Assembly (NCBI GenBank): GCA_009602725.1
Contig: WELB01000007.1
Span: forward strand, 7,032-71,031
DNA: 64,000 bases
Source: Spirogloea muscicola
Lineage: Eukaryota
Direction: 5' to 3'
In this document: piece by piece, positions 56,226-64,000 of the stretch
How the letters are laid out: each line of letters begins with the position of its first letter
Numbering within the stretch: position 1 is the stretch's first letter
Made by a program: the position numbers and the translations under genes
The notes under the pieces: generated by a model
Databases searched by the model: none
What the model was told of the DNA's origin: nothing
What the model saw: only the letters and a program-made list of their open reading frames with translations

Positions 56226-59200
56226 TTAGGCCTTGGTCGTGCCAAATCCCCCAAAGCCCATAAGGGCTGCGACATCCACATCCACGTCGGCTGCTGGGAG
56301 CACTTCAGCCGCCTTCTCTTTCTGCACATGTGTGAGTAGAAATGCCGGTCACTCTCTCACCTCTGGCTGCTTGAAGGCTAGCCATTACAGTGACAAATGG
56401 TGACATCCAGGGGTTATCAGACAGGGCTTGAGGAGAACACCACCTAATGCATGCCATTCATGCAACACAAGAGAGACATAGAACGTCGCTGGACCTTCTT
56501 TTCCTTTTTGCGCTCCTTGCGTTGCCGCTTCCGCTCCTCCTCCTCCTCCTGCTGCTTAAGTATCCTGGCGTCAAAATCTGCAGCAAAAGCAGCACCAGCC
56601 GGCCTGAGGCTCCATGGCACCTTGTCATTGACCACAGCAGGACTCTAGCGCCTGACTTGTGCAACTGGGCAAATAAGTGCCTGTGCCCACAACAACAAGC
56701 CCGCCCTCTGCTAAGGCACACAGGATTGTACGACAGTCTTCTGTGGAGCTGCATAAGTGACAGTGGCTGGGTCCTCTTATGAGTGACAGGGGGCTTGTGA
56801 TCACCAGGAGTTCTTTGCCTGGATCATTGGCGCAAGACAGGCAATAGCGAAACAGCTGCCTAAAGAACTAGCCCAAACAGGATTAAACAGGGCAGATATG
56901 TTGAACAAAGCATTTGAGTGGGCCTTCTTTTTGTCTTGGAACAGCTGCACTGACCTTTCTCTGTCAAAATTGAGATCTGCTCCTTTTTCCGCTTCAGCTC
57001 CTCCAATCGATCTCTTACCTGCACGAGGCTCGTATTTGCTGGTGAATATCATACCAAGGAGGCAGAAATACACAGCAACTCCAGGTCTGACGTTTGGCAG
57101 CTCCTTTGCAACACTGCCTTGAGGTCAACTACGCTGCCGCAGTAGTTTGACCTGGTGCACATTGGACCGCTCCACCCGCATGGACATGCCCAGCGCCCGT
57201 TGGTCTGGCCACACCATCAGACATCAAAGACACGGGTTTAACATTCAGTGGGTCAGCTTCTGCAACCTAAAGGGTAAAGTTCAAGGTCACGTGACGTGAT
57301 AGGATGATAAGACAACTTGCTGGATCGCTTCTCAAACTCTCAACCCCTGAATCCTGAAGCTGAGTTAGAGTCTAGAGACGGGCAGATGGGGCTGCAAACA
57401 GAGCAACTTCCACTCTGGCAATCAGCCTTTGAGAGCTCACTGAGCTAACAGCCAACTTCCCCTTGCCAAAGCGACTGCCGATTGAATGTGCCACACAGGA
57501 GGCTTCCCATCTGCAAGTCTGCGGATTATGACTTTCAAACTCTGCTTTTCATGGCAGCCACTCACGCTTTTTGCCATTGATGTGGTCAAGGTAATTGGCT
57601 GAGTCCTTCACAACGCACTCGCACACATTGCAGTAATAGCCTGCCTGGGGTGCACCCACAACAGGGCCCCCCGCTGGCACCACTGTCAATTCCAGGGCCG
57701 CTAGCACGCAGATGTTAAACAGCTACGGTGCTCCTGCGAGTATGTGCGCAAGTTGAGAACAAGACAAGCAGCTGGTAGGATCGTGCAGATTGGGCCTTGA
57801 GCTTCAGAGCATATGACGTATACTTGGGTGGTCAGCCAGTACAGTGTTTACTATCAAAGTCTGCGGGCTTGAGACACGTACAGGCCCAAGCCCCTCACCT
57901 GTTGGCTGAGTGGCGTAACCTGCGTCACCACCTGCAAAGTGAGGATTTGGGAGATGCACGTCAGAGAGCAGCGGAGACATTGGAACAACAGATAAGAAAG
58001 GTGAGCGGAATTCTTTCTCAGATAGTCAGTAGTGCGGTCCAGATCAGAGGCGGCAGCATGTGAGGCGATGCATAGGAACAGGCCCAAAGGCTGGAGGTGG
58101 CTCATAGCAGCGTGCAACGGCCAGGTGAGAGGGCCCCCACCTGCGTCTTGCCTAGGCGCGAGGCAAGGTCCACGGAGTGATCACGCTGCTTCAGCGGCGC
58201 CCGCTGCACAGCCGGCCCTCTCGCTGCACACATGCACGGAGGGGGGTGGGGCCGGGAGGAGGGGACGCAAGAGGTGGAGAGAGGAGAAAGGCCAGTAAGG
58301 AGAGAAGAGGAGAAGCGACAAAATAAGACCAGATATAGCACTTCATGAGAAACGCCCCAACTATATGTGCAAGGATGGGCTGCTCTGAGGCCGTGCAAGA
58401 GGGAACTGAAGCCGTTGCAACAAGGCTCTCGCAGCTGGGTGTAAGCAGTGATGACCTCTTGAGAACTCAGAGCTGGGTTTCAGATTACCAGGAGGTTTAG
58501 GAAGAGGAGGACAGAAATCACATAGGAAAGCTTTGAGATGGAAGTCTAGCATGATGGGCTTAACAAGTCACTGTCAGCATTTTCTGCATATTGATATGTT
58601 GCGACACTCTTTATTAAGGCTTTGAGTCAAGGCTGTGAGAGGCCAGGCGGCTGTACGTAAGGGGCGGGCGCGCTCCTCCTCTTCCTGCGCGGAGCGTTGC
58701 AAAACGTAATTTCGTCATGGGCTGAGCCGACGACCATTGCAGAGGAGCAGCTGCGAGGCTTGGCCTCGGCTGCGAGACCGTGAGGAACACACAGCAGGAC
58801 CAAGAGCGGACGATGACGGGACGGAAGCAGAGCTTCGAAGCTGACAAGCGGGCTCTGCCAAGGCTGCATCCGGCAGCCACCGTCACGGCAAGCGCTCATT
58901 GCCGAGCAGGCGCCCGTGACATCGTCTGTCTTTGAGTTGGGCAGCGGGCGGGAGCCCACCTGCTCGAGCTCCCGCGCCCGCTGCTCGTACTCGTCGCGGT
59001 CCCACTTGCGGCGCGCGGTGTTGTCGACGCCCGCGGCCTGCGCGGCCGCAGCATGGCAGCCGATGGCCGCCTCAGAGAGGGAACATCCCGTTCGTTTAGT
59101 AGGTCCAAGCCCATAGCCCATCCTTTGGCTCGTTAGGAGCTGAGCGAGGCCCGTTGGCAGTGCTTCCACCGCAACGAGGCCTCGGCTCTGCGCTGGCTGC

Positions 59201-59234
59201 TGGGCGCTGGGGGCTCTCCCCTGACCTTGGCCAT
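56226..59234 (-). CDS. ZMAT2: Matrin-type zinc-finger spliceosomal protein ZMAT2/SNU23, ~10 exons
   Basis: [93 protein letters not shown]. Confidence 0.95.
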
Positions 59235-59507
59235 CGCTGCTCGTCAGGACGCCCCAGCCGCTGCTGGCCTGCGCGGGGGGAGCCCTCGCTCCGGAGGCCC
59301 TCGCTCCCACGGGCCGCCGCCGCCGCCGCCGCCGCCGCCTCTGACGGCCCGCGCTGCCGGAGCCCACGATACGCGGCGAGCGGCGGGCGTTGGGCTGCGC
59401 GGCGCTGCGGCTCGGCTCGCACGGGGAGCTAGCTGGCCTGCGCGGCCCTTGTTGGAGCACCGCTGCACTTGTGACACGGCGAGCAAGCGGCGGCGGCGGC
59501 GGCGGCG

Positions 59508-59804
59508 NNNNNNNNNNNNNNNNNNNNNNNNNNNNNNNNNNNNNNNNNNNNNNNNNNNNNNNNNNNNNNNNNNNNNNNNNNNNNNNNNNNNNNNNNNNNN
59601 NNNNNNNNNNNNNNNNNNNNNNNNNNNNNNNNNNNNNNNNNNNNNNNNNNNNNNNNNNNNNNNNNNNNNNNNNNNNNNNNNNNNNNNNNNNNNNNNNNNN
59701 NNNNNNNNNNNNNNNNNNNNNNNNNNNNNNNNNNNNNNNNNNNNNNNNNNNNNNNNNNNNNNNNNNNNNNNNNNNNNNNNNNNNNNNNNNNNNNNNNNNN
59801 NNNN
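59508..59804. other. Assembly gap in the ZMAT2/DCP5 divergent promoter
   Basis: N-run flanked by (GGC)n. Confidence 1.
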
Positions 59805-59826
59805 CGGCGGCGGCGGCGGCGGCGCC

Positions 59827-62800
59827 ATGGCGGACGCGTACATAGGCAGCGTGATCAGCCTGACGAGCAAGAGCGAGATACGGTACGAGGGCGTGCTGTA
59901 CACCGTCGACACCGAGAACTCCAACATCGCCCTCCAGAACGGTGCGCCCGCCGCCGCCCCCGCCGCCGCCGCCGCCGCCGCCGCCGTCTGCGGCGGAGCA
60001 CTTGGCCTTGAGACGCCGCCTGCCGTTCGTCTCCCTCCTCTCGCCGTCGTCGGCGGCAGTGCGGTCGTTTGGCACGGAGGGGCGCAAGAAGGACGGCCCC
60101 TTGATCCCCGCCAGCGACAAGGTGTACGACTACATCATCTTCCGCGGCTCCGACATCAAGGTCCGCGCCCCCGACGGCGCCTGCCGGCTCTGCTGCCGCG
60201 TCCTCTATGCTTCAAGAGACATGAGTGTCCCATGAGACTGCTTTCAGTACCGATTGGCATGAAGCCGTGTCCAGTATTTGCTGCTGTGCTTTTGCAGCGG
60301 ACGTTGGTGTTGCTGACATGCTGTATCAGAATTCAATCTGCGTGTCGTGTGCTGTGCCGCACTGCTGCGTCCGGCGAGTGCAGGATTTGCAGGTCAAGTC
60401 CGCGCCGCCGCCGCCGCCGCCGCCGCCTCCGCCGCAGCCCCACAGCGACCCGGCCATCATCTCCGTCCAGGCGAGTGCCGCCGCCGCCGCTCACCATGCT
60501 GGAAGCCAAGCCAGCCCACCTGCTGCTAGCCTCGTTCCGGCACTGGGCTCATAAAACCCGTCTGCGGTTGCCACGTGCCTCTGCCGCTGCCTGCAGGAGC
60601 TTACGCCTCAGTTGCAGCAGCCGCCTCCACTGCCGCCGCCGCCACCTCCGCAGCCTTCTGGTGTTCAGGCAGGACAAGCCCCCAGCGCCGTGGCAGCAGC
60701 GGCAGCGCCACAGCCGGCCGCTGCGGCTGCATACTCCAGTGGGCATGTGCCGGAGGTAGCAGCGCAGCAGCGCCAATTCGGGACGGTGCCGCCAGCAGCA
60801 GCCTTCCAAGGAGCGTCGCACTTGTACCAGCAGCAGCCGCCGCCGCCGCCCGGCAGCGCCGGCTGGGGCGCTCCGCAGGCGGCCTACTGGCAAGGCTACT
60901 ACGCTGGCCCACCTCCTCCGGCCGCCCCCCCGGCTGCCGATGCCACTGCTGCTGCTGCTGCTGCTCCTGCGCCGGCTGTCGGCCAGCTGCAGTCGAGCAG
61001 CGCGCGGCCCAGCCATGGCCACATAGCTTCAGCACCAGCAGCTGCTGCCGCCACTGCGAGGCCCCCGGCTGCCTTGGAAGGCATCAGCGCCGCGATCACG
61101 CCGGCAGCGCGGGGAGGCCGGCGGCCGCCACCCGGGTTGGTTGCGGCTGCTGCAGCGGCGGCCGTCGCTGCCGCCCCTTCAGCGGCGCACTCGGTCAGCC
61201 CCGCCTCAGCGGCGCCCCCTGCCGGCCTGCCCTCTCAGCCGGCGGGTTCCGACGCAGCTGCAGCGCTTGCGGCTCTTGACATCTCGCAGCAACCGCTGTT
61301 GCCGCTGCCCGGGAGCGCGCCCGTTGTGCCGCTCCAGGTAAGTGTTGCCTGTACTTGGCCATGGTCTGAGCACAGCCCCAGTGTTCTCAGTGCCACGATA
61401 GCAGTGTCACGAGTTCCTTAGAGACCAATGCTGGCCTTCGCCATGGCCTTCTGCTCGCTGTTGCTGCGGCGCAGAAGCCCTCTGCGACAGGCGGCGGACG
61501 TGCTGGCGGCAACCCTTGGCAGGTGAGTGGCTGGCCATTGCAGCAGGATAGAGTGGGCCAGATTGCCCCGTGCCTCGCCAGTGAGCCCTCTGTCATCAAG
61601 GACTGTCATTGCTGGCCGCGGCAGCTCTGGTGCGGGCTCGCCTGACTGGCGTCCGGCTCCGACCAGGCCCGCATGCAGTCGGCGAACATGGGCAGCCCCG
61701 TCGCATCCAAAGACTACGGCCTTGTCAACGGCCTCGTTCCAGGCGGGGGCGGCGGCATGGGGGGTGGGCAGGGGTACGCTCGCCGAGGAGGCGGCGGCCA
61801 CGGCCGCGGCGGCAATCGGGGCATTCTGCAGGTGTGGTGCAGCTCAGGCGCAACCCGCGTGCGCCGCTCATCTGCTGTGCCAAGGGCTGCCAAGGGGGGG
61901 CTTGCCTTGTGGGGCTCTCTGACAAGTGCTTGCGATCCTGTTGGCCTACGCTGCTGCGCAGCCTGGGCAGCTGGCACAGGTCTTCACTGAGGACTTTGAC
62001 TTCAGCGCAATGAACGAGAAGTTCAAGAAGGACGAGGTATGGGGGGAGCTTGGCGGCGGCGGCGGCGGCGGCGGTGGCAGCAGTGGCGGCACTGGGAGGC
62101 CTGCCGACAAGGACGAGCGCCAGGGCAGTGGCAAGGGCGGCGAGAAGGAGAACAATGGTGGTGCTGCTGCCGCCACTGCCGCTACCGCAGACGTTGCTGT
62201 ACCAGATGGCAACCTGCTCGCTGTAACAAGTGATGGTGCTGCTTCCAAGGAGGGGGAGCCTGGAGTGGCGGGAGGATTGGAGGAGGGCATTGAGGTTGCT
62301 GAGGACAAGAAGGTGAGAGTCATGCCTGCCACGGCTCCATCTGTCACCTTGGTCCTGCGGCCTATATCGCCACACACTGCAGCCGCTATTGTGGTCCCCT
62401 TCGCTGCTTGCTCGATTGTGCGCATTCGTCGATTGCAGTGTTCAGGCTGGTGGTAACACCTCCGAGCCGTCCTCACCCTTATCAAAGTTGGGCACAGCAC
62501 AGCTGTGAGACACTCTGCTCGATGCCTGACGGATGAAAATTCTGATTGCGCAGGTGCCCACATCCTTGTACGTGAAGGACGACTTCTTCGATGCTATCTC
62601 GTGTGACTCGCTTGATCGCTCGGCAGGCCGAGGAGGGGGCGCACGCATGCGCTTCTCTGAGCAGCGCAAGATTGACACTGAGGTATGTTGTCCTTGAGAG
62701 CTGTGACAGACTGATGGTCATTTCACAGTATTAAGATTGCAGTTTATCGATGATGTCAGCTCAAGAAGTTGGGCTGGTGGCTTTCCTAGGGGCTTTGTTT

Positions 62801-63243
62801 AGCAAGTATTCGCTAATCTTGCTGCAGGAAGCAAATTATGTCGTCTGAAGAGGGGTGCTCAGCAGACTGCTCATGTAGTCAATCTCCCGTTTCTTTGTAA
62901 AAGTTCAAGTATGTTAGCGCATCAAGCTGACTGGCATTACCTGATCATGCTGTGCATGTCGCAGACATTCGGCAATGTGCCCATGCGGTCAGGCCGGGGT
63001 GGCCGAGGAGGCCGGGGGGGCCGGAGGGGTGGCTACCGCGGTGGAGGCGGCTATGGCAGCGGTGGCGGCAGCGGCGGCGGCGGCGGCACCGGCGGGGCAT
63101 ATGGTGCTGGAGGCGGAGGATATTACGGCGGCGGCCATGGCGGCTATGGAGGCGGTCCTGGTTATATGCGGTCTGATGGTCGGAGTGGTGGTGGGCGGAA
63201 CCAGGGCCCTGGTGCTCCTATGAGAGGCAGTGGGGCTACATGA
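59827..63243 (+). CDS. DCP5: Decapping 5 / LSM14 (Scd6 family) P-body protein
   Basis: [25 protein letters not shown]...VRSFGTEGR...[16 protein letters not shown] (LSM14); [24 protein letters not shown] (DFDF); [14 protein letters not shown] (FFD); [16 protein letters not shown]-rich tail. Confidence 0.96.
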
Positions 63244-63842
63244 TCAGTCGTGTGGCAACATTCCGGGCAATACAACAATTGGTGGTACTGCTGTTTCTTG
63301 CCTGCCCCTGTTATCTCAACTGGTGACGAGGACGCGGAGTGGTAGGGACAGGCAGCAGTTGAGGCGCAGGCACAAACTCTCTCTACCAACTGCCTTTTCC
63401 TGCCTCATCTCCCACCATGTAGCTAGGCTGTGTGCCCATGTTGTCATTCTGCTGCCGCTGGGGAGCACATGTTGGCAAAGCTAGCTGCCAAGAGCTGCGC
63501 AAGTGCATGCTGACCCAGCTTGACCAAGAGCCTGTGCTGGCATCAACATCCTTCAGCTGAGGTCAGCTTGGCAGTTGTACAAATCATATGAGCTGGGTAA
63601 TGCGCGCAAAGTGCATCTACCCCTGAGCTTCTTTTGGAAGAGGTCATCTTGCTGCTGCCAGCAACCATTTCGGGGATGTCATGCCGCTGTCACTTGCCCT
63701 TTTAGACGAGGAGCATGGAGCATTTGTTAGGCTTGGCCATCTGGTTGTACAGTGCAAGTCCCTTTTGAAATCCTTCACCTGCTCTAAGTAGCATGGTTCT
63801 ACGCTGTCAAACCCGAAAGTGTGCACAGTCAGTTCAGTTCAT

Positions 63843-63958
63843 ACAACCACAGGTCCAACATAGCGGACCATGGCCACTATGTTGGAACATAGTGGCTATG
63901 GTCCAACATAGCCACTATCAGGCTATGTTGGACCTGGCTATGTTGGACCTGTGGTTGT
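63843..63958. repeat. 116-bp nested palindrome (MITE- or hairpin-RNA-like)
   Basis: Perfect 22-bp inverted ends ACAACCACAGGTCCAACATAGC (63843-63864) / GCTATGTTGGACCTGTGGTTGT (63937-63958), plus an inner 19-bp-arm palindrome 63865-63904. Confidence 0.85.
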
Positions 63959-64000
63959 GTGACAGGTTAAAAGTCTAGCTCACAGTCACCACAGCCCAAG

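Overview
Eukaryotic, GC-rich, intron-rich nuclear DNA from a draft assembly: three N-runs and two single-N joins, mostly beside GCC/GGC- or GAG-rich tracts. Plant-type genes (PIE1 with SANT domain, DCP5, WCRKC thioredoxin, plant-type TOG/ARM protein, PDR-type ABCG) occur together with eEF3, which land plants lack. This points to a green alga, most likely a streptophyte alga (inference). I could reconstruct 12 spliced genes by hand: MDR oxidoreductase (-), fucosyltransferase-like (+), aspartate aminotransferase (-), PIE1 (+), eEF3 (-), WCRKC thioredoxin (+), full-size ABCG (-), half-size MECR-like protein (+), ARF1 (-), TOG protein (+), ZMAT2/SNU23 (-) and DCP5/LSM14 (+). Their strands alternate strictly. 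The most striking item is the ABCG transporter: it carries an in-frame, intron-split PDZ-like domain between NBD1 and TMD1, and catalytic motifs are degenerate in both ATP sites. Intergenic DNA holds a higher-order tandem repeat with a CRE-like retrotransposon 3' end, a dispersed family of palindromic GGGCTGGC..CAGCC modules, a tRNA-like Pol III element, a two-copy hairpin element and a nested palindrome. All homology calls come from motif recognition by eye; no searches were run.
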